Source: an uncultured Lachnospiraceae bacterium (lineage in GTDB: Bacteria > Bacillota > Clostridia > Oscillospirales > CAG-272). From it: a stretch of DNA of 64,000 nucleotides. This document shows, in pieces, positions 8,337 through 17,234 of this stretch. Each line of letters begins with the position of its first letter. Positions within the stretch are counted from its first letter, which is position 1. A program made the translations under genes and the position numbers. The stretch covers positions 21,719-85,718 of the forward strand of contig CAZHPZ010000001.1 in NCBI GenBank assembly GCA_964534905.1, in the 5' to 3' direction. Under the pieces are notes generated by a model, which ran no database searches, was not told the origin of the DNA, and saw nothing but the letters and a program-made list of their open reading frames with translations.

Positions 8337-9539
8337 ATGAGAAAAAATCAAAAGGGTTTTACCCTCGTTGAATTGCTCGTAGTAATCGCTATCCTTGCTA
8401 TTCTTGCAACCGTTGCGGTAGTCGGTTATTCAAGCTTTATCGACAGTGCAAACAAGAGCGTAGACCAGCAGGTAGTTGCTCAGATGAATACTGCTCTCCA
8501 GGCAGCTTCCGTTGAGGGCAGACCTCAGAACAGAACAGATCTTCTCAAACTGTTCGATAAGCACGATATCGACATAAACAAGCTTGCTCCCGTAACAGAG
8601 GGATATGCTTTCTATTGGGATATGACGGAAAATAAGATAGTTATCGTTAACAATGTTAAGGATATTGAAGAGGATTGGGAATATATTGTATCTAACGGCT
8701 TTGGTAAGTTGACAGAGGCAGAAAGTGTAGAATACATAACTTCCGCTATTTCCGAATCCAGTAAAACAAATCCTGCTCTTATTAAGTTGAGCGGCGATGT
8801 TACGACGACAGAATGCATTACTGTTACTGAAGAGCAGTGCGTAATAATTGATTTGAACGGTCACACGATTGGTTATGAAAACAGTGATAAACTCGCACTT
8901 CAGGTAGAAAAGGATGCAACATTGACTGTTAAAAACGGAGATATCAAGGGAAAAGTTAATAATGTCGGTGGACATTTAACTCTTGATCATGTAAATGTAA
9001 ATAAAGAAGCTGATAGTGAAGTCAAAGGTGCATTGGCATTTAGCCGCGCTTCCGATACTTATATTACAAATTGTACTTTTACAGCGGATAAAAACGCCGG
9101 ACATACTATCGGTACAAACAGCACCTATGATGCTGATGATGGCGCACGTGTGTATATTATAGATTCAAAAATATATCAAACAAGTGATGAAACTTACCCT
9201 GCCGCAGCACTTAATATCACTATTGATTGCGATATAACTATTAATCATTGTAAAGTTATAGGTGTAGGTCACGGTGCATACTTCCGCGGATGCACTGCCA
9301 CTCTCATCAATTCCACATTTACACATACTTCTACAAAAGACGGTACACCTTGGGGAACAGGAAATAACGGAAAATTTGCCGACATCGTATTTGCTTGCGG
9401 AGGAGAAAACTTTAGCGGCTATGCAACAACTGCTAACTACACTTGCGAAAAAGTAACCGCAACAACTGTATACGTACATCAGCCCGAGGGCGGTACAGTT
9501 ACTGTTAGCGGAATAGAAGTTAACGAAACTTATAATTAA
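8337..9539 (+). CDS. Prepilin-type (type IV pilin-like) protein with a large C-terminal domain predicted to be a parallel beta-helix
   Basis: Class III signal: MRKNQKG/FTLVELLVVIAILAIL. The C-terminal 250 aa carry repeated turns NCTFT, INHCKVIG and LINSTFTH. AAGGAG RBS precedes the ATG at 8337. Confidence 0.75.
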   Translation: MRKNQKGFTLVELLVVIAILAILATVAVVGYSSFIDSANKSVDQQVVAQMNTALQAASVEGRPQNRTDLLKLFDKHDIDINKLAPVTEGYAFYWDMTENKIVIVNNVKDIEEDWEYIVSNGFGKLTEAESVEYITSAISESSKTNPALIKLSGDVTTTECITVTEEQCVIIDLNGHTIGYENSDKLALQVEKDATLTVKNGDIKGKVNNVGGHLTLDHVNVNKEADSEVKGALAFSRASDTYITNCTFTADKNAGHTIGTNSTYDADDGARVYIIDSKIYQTSDETYPAAALNITIDCDITINHCKVIGVGHGAYFRGCTATLINSTFTHTSTKDGTPWGTGNNGKFADIVFACGGENFSGYATTANYTCEKVTATTVYVHQPEGGTVTVSGIEVNETYN

Positions 9540-9547
9540 TAACTTTT

Positions 9548-9578
9548 CCCACGGCTCTGAAAATAGCCGTGGGATTTT
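9548..9578 (+). terminator. Intrinsic terminator of the pilin-like gene
   Basis: CCCACGGCT / AGCCGTGGG stem followed by ATTTT. Confidence 0.7.
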
Positions 9579-9635
9579 CGTTATCTGAAGTGATTTAAAA
9601 CTTAGGGACGAATTCTCGCCGGCCACAACAAAAAA

Positions 9636-9669
9636 TCAGAGGATAGCGTGTGCTATCCTCTGATTTTTT
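9636..9669 (-). terminator. Terminator downstream of tRNA-Pro (bidirectional hairpin)
   Basis: 12-bp stem TCAGAGGATAGC / GCTATCCTCTGA with a GTGT loop, flanked by an A-run and a T-run. Confidence 0.8.
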
Positions 9670-9745
9670 TGGTCGAAGTGGCGGGACTCGAACTCGCGGC
9701 CTCCAGTACCCGAAACTGGCGCGCTACCAGCTGCGCTACACCTCG
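9670..9745 (-). tRNA. tRNA-Pro (anticodon CGG)
   Basis: Manual cloverleaf: acceptor CGAGGTG/CACTTCG, anticodon stem CCAGT/ACTGG with loop TTCGGGT, T-loop GTTCGAGTC, encoded CCA. Confidence 0.9.
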
Positions 9746-9757
9746 TAACACTTAGAT

Positions 9758-9786
9758 AATATACCATATTTTTTTGCTTTTGTCAA
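9758..9786 (-). promoter_or_regulatory. Promoter of tRNA-Pro
   Basis: On the minus strand, TTGACA (9786-9781), a 17-nt spacer, then TATATT (9763-9758). Confidence 0.55.
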
Positions 9787-9825
9787 TAGAATTTATGAAA
9801 AATTAAACCTTTTTCCGAAAAACGC

Positions 9826-9854
9826 TTGACATTATTCTTTTTGTGTGATACAAT
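9826..9854 (+). promoter_or_regulatory. Promoter of the lysine-riboswitch/ABC transporter operon
   Basis: TTGACA (9826-9831), a 17-nt spacer, then TACAAT (9849-9854). Confidence 0.65.
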
Positions 9855-9885
9855 ACTTGAGTAAATTAAATATCGGACTAAAGAA

Positions 9886-10031
9886 TAGTTAGAGGCGCGG
9901 TTAAGAATAGTAGCCTCCCGTAGACGCTCAAACGTTGATGACGGGGTGTGAAAGGCAAGACCGCCGAAGTGAATTTCGCTTTTGAGGGCGTTATTTGCTG
10001 GGCAAACGGGGAACACCCGCTTGACTGTCAC
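9886..10031 (+). promoter_or_regulatory. Lysine riboswitch (L-box) aptamer
   Basis: All the L-box islands I remember from Bacillus lysC are present in order: AGAGGCGCG, AGTAGCC, GTGAAAGG, CGCCGAAG, TTATTTGCTGG, ACTGTCA. Confidence 0.85.
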
Positions 10032-10084
10032 AATTTTTTGTGGAGTGCTGCTTTCGATATGGTGATCTTTTGCGGGATTATTGC

Positions 10085-10111
10085 GGTCGGGGCACTTTGC
10101 TCCGACCTTTT
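10085..10111 (+). terminator. Riboswitch expression-platform terminator
   Basis: GGTCGGGGC / GCTCCGACC stem followed by TTTT, located 40 nt before the SBP gene start. Confidence 0.6.
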
Positions 10112-10149
10112 AATTTGCAAAATATTATCGTTTGAAAGGAACAAACAAA

Positions 10150-11037
10150 ATGAAAAGAAACATTTCTTTAATCTCACTCGTTGCAGTTTTCTGCATACTT
10201 CTTACCGCTCTTACGGCATGCCCTGACAAGAGAGAGGGCGTTGATATCTCCGGTGCTACCGATCTTTCGGGTCTTGCGGGTGCAACTCTTGCCGCACAGA
10301 CAGGAACATTCCACCTTGACGCACTCAATACGCTCGGTAACATTACCGTTCGCGAATACGAGGACTTTTCAAAGCTTCTCATTGCATTGAAGAGCGGTGC
10401 TATTGACGGATATGTTGCAGAGGAGCCTACGGCTCTCAGCGTTGTCGCTTCCGATTCCTCTCTTGCTTATCTCCCTCTTGTAAACAATTCAACGGGATTT
10501 GCCGCAACCGATGAGGATACGGGAATTGCAGTCGGATTTAAAAAGGGTAGTGAAATGGTTGCAAGGGTAAATCCTATTATTGCTTCCATCAGCTCCGAAA
10601 CACGCTCCGCGCTTATGGAACAGATTGTAAGAATCAGTGAAAATACCGACACTTCCATTGGCGAGGACATCGTTCTTTCATCGTCAAATACAAATGTATC
10701 AAACGGTACGCTTAAGATAGCGATGGAGTGCAATTACGCTCCCTTTAACTGGACGCAGATGACCGATGCCAACGGTGCTGTTCCGATTGCAAATGCAAGT
10801 AATATGTACGCTAACGGATATGACGTTCAGATTGCAAAGTACATTGCGGCAGAGCTCGGTATGACTCTTGAAATATATTCCGCAGAGTGGGACAGCTTGA
10901 TTCCCGGAGTTAACGCCGGAACATACGACGGAATTATCGCAGGTATGAGCCCCACAGCCGAAAGAAAAGAAAAGATCGATTTTACGGATTGCTATTACAA
11001 TTCAAATCTCGTTATAATTTATAAGAAAGCTAACTGA
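10150..11037 (+). CDS. Amino-acid ABC transporter substrate-binding lipoprotein (SBP_bac_3-like, circularly permuted)
   Basis: Lipobox LLTALTAC. The second-lobe segment (ATLAAQTGTFHLD...IDGYVAEEPTAL) precedes the segment that normally comes first (LKIAMECNYAPFNW...WDSLIPGVNAGTYDGIIAGMSPTAERKEKIDFTDCYY). Confidence 0.8.
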   Translation: MKRNISLISLVAVFCILLTALTACPDKREGVDISGATDLSGLAGATLAAQTGTFHLDALNTLGNITVREYEDFSKLLIALKSGAIDGYVAEEPTALSVVASDSSLAYLPLVNNSTGFAATDEDTGIAVGFKKGSEMVARVNPIIASISSETRSALMEQIVRISENTDTSIGEDIVLSSSNTNVSNGTLKIAMECNYAPFNWTQMTDANGAVPIANASNMYANGYDVQIAKYIAAELGMTLEIYSAEWDSLIPGVNAGTYDGIIAGMSPTAERKEKIDFTDCYYNSNLVIIYKKAN

Positions 11038-11038
11038 A

Positions 11039-11815
11039 ATGGAATTTATCAACAACGTAATTAACATCATAACAAAATATTATTCCGTGCTCCTTGAGGG
11101 CTTGGGATATACAATGCTTATCGCACTTACGGGTACTCTTTTCGGACTTGCGATCGGATTGCTCACCGGTATTCTCAAAACGGTCCCCGCTTCAAAGAGC
11201 CGTCCTGTCAGAATACTTCAGAAGATACTTAATTTTATAATCGCGTGCTATGTCGAGGTGTTCCGCGGAACGCCTATGATGGTACAGGCTATGGTAATTT
11301 TCTGGGGGTATGCCTTTATGAACGGAGGAAATACGCTTCCTCTTATCCCTGCGGGCATATTTATCGTTTCCATAAATACGGGTGCGTATATGACGGAGAT
11401 CGTGCGCGGCGGCATTATTTCAATAGACAAGGGACAGTTTGAGGGCGCGTATAGCGTCGGAATGACACATTGGCAGGCTATGACCAATGTCGTTATCCCT
11501 CAGGTTATGAGAAATATTCTCCCCTCTATTTCCAACGAGTTTGTTATCAATATTAAGGATACATCGGTGCTCAACGTTATCGGCGTTATGGAGCTTTACT
11601 ATATGGCAAGCAAGATACAGTTTATGACGCTTGACATATTCGAAACATATCTTATCGTTTGCGTGATGTATTTCATAATGACCTTTACGGTTACAAGAAT
11701 CCTTCGCCTCTTCGAAAAGAAGCTTGCGGGAAGTGATTCTTATACGATTTGCGGCTCACAGTCGGATCCCGACGCCGAGATACATGTGCATGCACAGAAG
11801 GAGGAATACAGATGA
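11039..11815 (+). CDS. Amino-acid ABC transporter permease (His/Glu/Gln/Arg family)
   Basis: Multi-TM protein with an EAA-like loop ([28 protein letters not shown]). Confidence 0.9.
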   Translation: MEFINNVINIITKYYSVLLEGLGYTMLIALTGTLFGLAIGLLTGILKTVPASKSRPVRILQKILNFIIACYVEVFRGTPMMVQAMVIFWGYAFMNGGNTLPLIPAGIFIVSINTGAYMTEIVRGGIISIDKGQFEGAYSVGMTHWQAMTNVVIPQVMRNILPSISNEFVINIKDTSVLNVIGVMELYYMASKIQFMTLDIFETYLIVCVMYFIMTFTVTRILRLFEKKLAGSDSYTICGSQSDPDAEIHVHAQKEEYR

Positions 11816-12549
11816 GCGAAACGGTAATTTCAATTAAAAATCTCAAAAAGAGCTTCTCCGAACGTGATATTCTTAAGGGAATAGACTTGGAAGTTAAGAA
11901 AAACGAGGTTATTTCGGTTATCGGCTCATCGGGCTCGGGAAAGAGCACGATGCTTCGCTGTATTAACCTGCTTGAGGAGCCTACCTCCGGTGATATTCTT
12001 TTCCACGGAAAGAGCGTGCTCGGAGGGGATATCGATCTGAATGAATACCGTTCGAGAATCGTTATGGTGTTCCAGCAGTTCAACCTTTTCGGAAATATGA
12101 GCGTTCTTGACAATTGTGTTCGTCCGCAAACGGTCGTTCTCAAGAGAAGCAAGGACGAGGCACAGAAAACAGCCCTTAAATACCTTTCAAAGGTCGGTAT
12201 GGCAGAGTATATAAATGCCCGTCCGTCGCAGCTTTCGGGCGGTCAGAAGCAGAGAGTTGCCATTGCACGTGCGCTTTCTATGAATCCCGAGGTTATCCTT
12301 TTTGATGAGCCTACGAGTGCACTTGACCCCGAAATGGTCGGAGAGGTGCTTGACGTAATGCGTGAGCTTGCCGACGAGGGACTTACAATGATAGTTGTAA
12401 CGCACGAAATGGCATTTGCCCGCGATGTTTCAAGCAGAGTAATATTCATAGACGAGGGTATTATTTGTGAGGAGGGAGATCCGAAGGAATTCTTCGCCGA
12501 TCCCAAGACCGACAGAGCCAGAGCCTTTCTGTCAAGATTTTTACAATAA
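11812..12549 (+). CDS. Amino-acid ABC transporter ATP-binding protein
   Basis: Walker [10 protein letters not shown], signature [15 protein letters not shown], Walker [16 protein letters not shown] overlap with the permease stop. Confidence 0.9.
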   Translation: MSETVISIKNLKKSFSERDILKGIDLEVKKNEVISVIGSSGSGKSTMLRCINLLEEPTSGDILFHGKSVLGGDIDLNEYRSRIVMVFQQFNLFGNMSVLDNCVRPQTVVLKRSKDEAQKTALKYLSKVGMAEYINARPSQLSGGQKQRVAIARALSMNPEVILFDEPTSALDPEMVGEVLDVMRELADEGLTMIVVTHEMAFARDVSSRVIFIDEGIICEEGDPKEFFADPKTDRARAFLSRFLQ

Positions 12550-12568
12550 AATAAAGCGGTACAAAAGC

Positions 12569-12597
12569 AGAGGATTGTCTTCGGACAGTCCTCTTTT
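12569..12597 (+). terminator. Intrinsic terminator of the ABC operon
   Basis: AGAGGATTGTC / GACAGTCCTCT stem with a TTCG loop and a T-run. Confidence 0.75.
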
Positions 12598-12671
12598 GAT
12601 ATTTTATGTTGACATTTATATATTATTGTGCTAAAATGAATTTATATTATCCGTGCTTGGAGGGATTGAAT

Positions 12672-13442
12672 ATGAGAGAATTTGTTTATTGGCTGTTGAG
12701 TGAGGAAAATTCCGATCTTAAAATAACGCTTTTTAACGAATGGCATATTTTCTATTTGCTCATTGCTTTCGGCTCAGCAATAGCGCTTGCATTTATTTTT
12801 AAGGATAAATCCGAGCATGCAAGGGAAAAGTTGCTGCGTGTATATGCATACGTAACAATAGGACTTTACATAGCCGACTTCTTCCTTATGCCGCTTTCGG
12901 ATTCTTACGGCGGAAGAATAGCCGTCAATAAGCTTCCGTTTCATATTTGCACGCTGATGTCGATTTGTGCGGCATTTGCGCAGTTTAATAAGAAATTTAA
13001 GCCTATAAAGGAGCCGATAGTTGTTCTTTCGCTCGTTTCATCGCTTATGTGGATGACCTATCCCGGCAGTGCGCTCGGAGGAGAGCCGCCGTTCAGCTAT
13101 ATTATAATGCAGACATTTATGTTCCACAGCTTCCTTTTCGGTTGGGCATTTCTCAATCTTGCTCTCGGCGAGGTCAAGCTTAATATAAAGAATGTTTGGC
13201 AGGAGCTTTTCGGTATTTTGCTGATTTCGGCTTGGGCGACTCTCGGAAACACGCTTTACGAGGATCAAAACTGGTTCTTCCTTGCCGACAGTATATTTTC
13301 ATTTATACCCGACGAGGCAATGCCCGTGACGGTTATCACTGCGGTTTTCGCTATGTGTCTTTTAATATACGGAATTTATTACGGAGCACATACGCTTATT
13401 GAGAATAAACGTAATGAACAAAAGCAAGCACGCAGAGTATAA
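12672..13442 (+). CDS. YwaF/TIGR02206-type integral membrane protein (TMEM164-like)
   Basis: Multi-TM protein with the LPFHICTL motif. GGAGGG RBS precedes the ATG at 12672. A paralogue lies at 51846-52586. Confidence 0.6.
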   Translation: MREFVYWLLSEENSDLKITLFNEWHIFYLLIAFGSAIALAFIFKDKSEHAREKLLRVYAYVTIGLYIADFFLMPLSDSYGGRIAVNKLPFHICTLMSICAAFAQFNKKFKPIKEPIVVLSLVSSLMWMTYPGSALGGEPPFSYIIMQTFMFHSFLFGWAFLNLALGEVKLNIKNVWQELFGILLISAWATLGNTLYEDQNWFFLADSIFSFIPDEAMPVTVITAVFAMCLLIYGIYYGAHTLIENKRNEQKQARRV

Positions 13443-14160
13443 AAGGATAGTAAAGGGCGCTCGTGTTGCCGTGCTTTGCGTTCACGGAATTCTCGGAACG
13501 CCCAATCACTTCAGAGATCTCGTCCCGCTTATCCCGGAGGAATATTCGGTCTTTAACATAGTTCTCGATGGGCATTGCGCAGGCGTCGATGATTTTTCAC
13601 ATGCCTCCATGAAGGCGTGGGAGAAGAATGTTTCCGATGCACTTTGCGAGCTTTTGAGCACGCACGGTGAGGTGTATATTCTTGCTCACTCTATGGGAAC
13701 GCTTCTTGCGATAGAGGCGGCAATGAAAGAGAAGAGAGTTACAAGGTTCTTCTGTCTTTCAATTCCGATAAAAGTGGGATTCAAGCTAAGAATGCTTACC
13801 ACAATGCTGAAAATGTATTTCGGCAAGGTAAACGAGAGTGACGTTTATGCATATGCCGCAAAGGAGTGTACGGGTATGACTTTGTCTGCAAATCCGTTCA
13901 AATACTTAGGATTTGTTCCGAGATATATCGAGCTTTTCGCAAAGATACGTCAGGTAAGAAAAGCATTACCGAGCTTTACTACGCCCTGCGTGTCGTATCA
14001 GTCGTCGCTGGATGAGCTTGTCTCTCCGAAATCTTATGCGATATTGAGGCGAGAGTCTCAGGTACGTACCGAAATGCTTGAGCATTCGACGCACTTTTAT
14101 TATGACTCAGGTGATCTTAAACGCATACGGGATGATTTCGTAAGCTTTTTGAATAATTAA
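13414..14160 (+). CDS. Alpha/beta-hydrolase (esterase/lipase-like)
   Basis: HG oxyanion segment (LCVHGILGT), nucleophile elbow AHSMGT, distal His (EHSTH). Overlaps the upstream gene by 29 nt. Confidence 0.7.
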   Translation: MNKSKHAEYKRIVKGARVAVLCVHGILGTPNHFRDLVPLIPEEYSVFNIVLDGHCAGVDDFSHASMKAWEKNVSDALCELLSTHGEVYILAHSMGTLLAIEAAMKEKRVTRFFCLSIPIKVGFKLRMLTTMLKMYFGKVNESDVYAYAAKECTGMTLSANPFKYLGFVPRYIELFAKIRQVRKALPSFTTPCVSYQSSLDELVSPKSYAILRRESQVRTEMLEHSTHFYYDSGDLKRIRDDFVSFLNN

Positions 14161-14169
14161 AAATAAAAA

Positions 14170-14198
14170 GGAAAATCACAGCGTGATTTTCCTTTTTT
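14170..14198. terminator. Bidirectional terminator
   Basis: GGAAAATCAC / GTGATTTTCC stem flanked by an A-run and a T-run, between convergent genes. Confidence 0.75.
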
Positions 14199-14209
14199 GC
14201 TTAATTTGA

Positions 14210-14581
14210 TTAGCTTGTATGCTCCTGCTCCTTGGCAAGATCCTCGGAAGCCTTGACGGACTGCTCGATCCTTTCGGCAATCTCTCTTTCGACCTCTTTT
14301 TTTGTTTCTTTTTCCTTAAATGCCGATTTTATCGTATATACCTCGGCACGAATGATGTCAATCTTTTCAATGAGAACCTTTGCTTTTTCAGTTTCCGCTT
14401 CGCCTGTTTTTATCTTCTGATATGCCACTCTGCCAAGCTGCTCGTAAAGCTCCGAAAGAGTTGATTCCTTTTGAGCAAGCTTTATATGAAGGGAGGCATT
14501 GTCCGAAAGATCTCCTGCTTTTGATACAGCCTTGCTTGCCGATCTCTTAATATTACGGCGAATTTCCTTCCAATTAGCCAT
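14210..14581 (-). CDS. Hypothetical coiled-coil protein
   Basis: AGGAGG RBS precedes the ATG at 14581. Sequence is Lys/Glu-rich with heptad character; I recognised no family. Confidence 0.55.
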   Translation of the reverse strand: MANWKEIRRNIKRSASKAVSKAGDLSDNASLHIKLAQKESTLSELYEQLGRVAYQKIKTGEAETEKAKVLIEKIDIIRAEVYTIKSAFKEKETKKEVEREIAERIEQSVKASEDLAKEQEHTS

Positions 14582-14699
14582 TTTAATCCTCCTGTTTTTA
14601 TGATTATGATTCATTATACTATTTTTTTGTTAAAAAGTAAAGAGATTTGTTATATTTTTTTGCGTTTTCGGAAAAATATATTTTGAGAGGAGTGATTTT

Positions 14700-15146
14700 A
14701 TGGATATGGATAAAAAGACCTACAAGAAATTTGTCGATGCGCATGCGCCGCGATCTCCTGTCGGAAAGAACTGTCTGAATGCATTTGTCATAGGAGGACT
14801 GATATGTGCGATAGGGCAGGGCTTTAACGATATTTACGGACTTGCACTCGGGCTTGATTCTGATGATGCGGGAATGCTTGCTTCGTGCACACTCGTCCTG
14901 ATCAGCGTATTTCTTACCGCTATCGGCGTGTTTGATGAAATTGCCAAGGTGGCGGGTGCGGGAACTCTTGTTCCGATAACGGGATTTGCAAATTCCGTTG
15001 TATCGCCCGCAATAGACAGTAAGAGTGAGGGACTTGTTCTCGGCGTCGGTGCCAAAATATTCACCGTTGCGGGACCTGTTCTTCTTTACGGTATACTTTC
15101 AGGTGCGATATACGGGATTATTTACTATATTGTGTCATTGATCTGA
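14700..15146 (+). CDS. spoVAC: Stage V sporulation protein AC
   Basis: 148-aa 4-TM protein starting KKTYKKFVDAHAPRSPVGKNCLNAFVIGGLICAIGQG, typical of SpoVAC/SpoVAEB. Confidence 0.8.
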   Translation: MDMDKKTYKKFVDAHAPRSPVGKNCLNAFVIGGLICAIGQGFNDIYGLALGLDSDDAGMLASCTLVLISVFLTAIGVFDEIAKVAGAGTLVPITGFANSVVSPAIDSKSEGLVLGVGAKIFTVAGPVLLYGILSGAIYGIIYYIVSLI

Positions 15147-15148
15147 TT

Positions 15149-16885
15149 TTATTGAGAAACGGTGAACAGTGAATAGAAGTATCCTTTCTTGTCAATAAGC
15201 TCGTCGAATTTTCCTTCTTCTATTATGCTTCCGTTTTTCATAACGATAATTCCCTCATAGCGCTCAAGAAGTGAGGCGTCGAGAGTGTGTGTAACCTCAA
15301 TGGCGGTAACACCGTCAAGGCTAAGAATGGAGCTTGTGACCTGATATGCCGTTTCGGCATCGAGAGCGGCGGTCGCTTCGTCAACAAGTAATACCTGCGA
15401 ATTTTTGAGAAGAGCACGGGCGATTGATATTCTTTGCTTTTCTCCGCCGGAGAGCGCGGAGCCGTTCTCGCCGCAGACGTAATCCGCACCCTTTTCGAGT
15501 ATCAGATCGGAAAGCCCCGAAAGATGCACCGCTCTTTCGATGTCCTCCTCGGGAAATGGCTTGAACATAGTAATATTGTTGAGTATGGATGAATTGAATA
15601 CGAATACGTTTTGTTGAATAATGCTTTGTATTTCGTAAAGATCCTCAAGATTCATATTTTTTATATCGCATTCATCATACGATATGCTTCCCGAGTAGTC
15701 GCCGTGTGATGCCATAAGCATATTTAAAAGCGTGGATTTTCCGCTTCCCGAGGCACCTACTATTGCGTATTTTTTACCGAGCTCAAATGAATAGTTAATG
15801 TTTGAAAGTGCCTGCTTTTCGTTTCCGTATGAGAATGAAAGATTATTGAGCTTTATTTCGTGCTCAAGCCTTTTGCCGCTCGGAGCAGATTCCTCTGCGG
15901 AATTGTCCTCAAGTGCTTTAGCACATTTTTTTATAAGCTCAATTGAGGATTTAAACTGTGCATAATATGTGGGTATTGAACCTATGGGACCTACAATGTA
16001 ATTTACCATCTGCACAAACATAATTACAATACCCGCCGTTATTCCGATGTTTTTTGTAGTCAGATAAGCGGCTATAAGGAAAACTCCGAATTGTGTGAAA
16101 AGTCCCGCAATGCTTGAAAGCATTGAAATGATAATTCTGATCTTATCTCTTTTGGATTGCGCCGAGGCGAGCTCCTTTACCTGTGCGGAAAAAATGCAGA
16201 ACATTTCTTTTTCCGCCTTGAATGATTTTACAACGCTGAATCCGCTCAAAACGTCCTTTATGCTTGCAACGTATTCCTTGTTTTCATCGGATACGCGGGA
16301 TTCCGCTGTCGCAGCCTTGTTTCCGAAAAGTATGGAGACCGCAAAGGGGATAAGTGCGAGAAGTATAGCCGTAAGAGTCAGCAGAGGGCTGTAATAAGCC
16401 ATCATCGCAAGGGCACATATAAAAAGGAGAACGGAGCTGACAAATGAAAATATATTGTTAAGAAGCCCTGTGGATATCGGGGTTGTATCATTTGTAAGCG
16501 CGGAAATATATACTGACGAATTTTCTTTACTGAATGCCGAAATGTTTTTTTTCGTTATTTTTTTGAAAACATATTCCTTATATCTTCTTATGCCGTCATT
16601 TATAAAATGAGGATGTGCATAATATGAAATCAGTGAGGATACGATAATAATCATCACCAGGCATAAGGATATAAGCGTAAGCTCAGACAGGGAAAATCCG
16701 ACGTCGAGTCCACCGGTGAAGTCCGTTATTTTCTGCAGCAACCAGGCAATGCCGAGACTTGATATAACGTCAAGCAGAGTTGCGGTCATTTCAAGCAGGA
16801 AGTATTTTGTGTTGCCTCTGTATAGCTGATGTAAGTACGGTCGAATATTGACCGAATTGCTTTTTGATTTGTTTTGATGTGTCAT
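15149..16885 (-). CDS. ABC exporter, fused permease/ATPase (type 1 exporter fold)
   Basis: N-terminal 6-TM domain. Walker A GASGSGKST, signature LSGGEKQRISIARALL, Walker B LLVDEATAALD. Confidence 0.85.
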   Translation of the reverse strand: MTHQNKSKSNSVNIRPYLHQLYRGNTKYFLLEMTATLLDVISSLGIAWLLQKITDFTGGLDVGFSLSELTLISLCLVMIIIVSSLISYYAHPHFINDGIRRYKEYVFKKITKKNISAFSKENSSVYISALTNDTTPISTGLLNNIFSFVSSVLLFICALAMMAYYSPLLTLTAILLALIPFAVSILFGNKAATAESRVSDENKEYVASIKDVLSGFSVVKSFKAEKEMFCIFSAQVKELASAQSKRDKIRIIISMLSSIAGLFTQFGVFLIAAYLTTKNIGITAGIVIMFVQMVNYIVGPIGSIPTYYAQFKSSIELIKKCAKALEDNSAEESAPSGKRLEHEIKLNNLSFSYGNEKQALSNINYSFELGKKYAIVGASGSGKSTLLNMLMASHGDYSGSISYDECDIKNMNLEDLYEIQSIIQQNVFVFNSSILNNITMFKPFPEEDIERAVHLSGLSDLILEKGADYVCGENGSALSGGEKQRISIARALLKNSQVLLVDEATAALDAETAYQVTSSILSLDGVTAIEVTHTLDASLLERYEGIIVMKNGSIIEEGKFDELIDKKGYFYSLFTVSQ

Positions 16886-17072
16886 GGGAGCCTCCTTGAA
16901 TTTTTGTGATTATATTTTAGCATAAGAATGTAGGTTGCGTCTATACATTCGGGATTGAAAATGCGCAACCATGGGTTGCATTGGCATTATATAGGGCAAA
17001 AATCGATGCTTGAGACCTTATAAATATAAAATGCGCCGTTTAATTTTGTGCGATAATTTCGGATAAAAGCTA

Positions 17073-17101
17073 TTGACACGTTTGTGGTTTTATGATATAA
17101 T
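17073..17101 (+). promoter_or_regulatory. Promoter of tRNA-Gln(UUG)
   Basis: TTGACA, a 17-nt spacer, then TATAAT with a TG extension. Confidence 0.7.
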
Positions 17102-17118
17102 TGCAATGTTATGAATAT

Positions 17119-17195
17119 TGGGATATAGCCAAGCGGTAAGGCACCAGACTTTGACTCTGGCATTTTCGATGGTTCGAATCCATCTATCCCAGCCA
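17119..17195 (+). tRNA. tRNA-Gln (anticodon UUG)
   Basis: Acceptor TGGGATA/TATCCCA, anticodon stem CCAGA/TCTGG with loop CTTTGAC, T-arm GATGGTTCGAATCCATC, encoded CCA. Confidence 0.95.
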
Positions 17196-17197
17196 AA

Positions 17198-17234
17198 ATG
17201 CACGAGGGGACAAAGTCCCCCTCGTGCATTTTTT
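17198..17234 (+). terminator. tRNA-Gln terminator
   Basis: ATGCACGAGGGGAC / GTCCCCCTCGTGCAT stem followed by TTTTTT. Confidence 0.85.
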
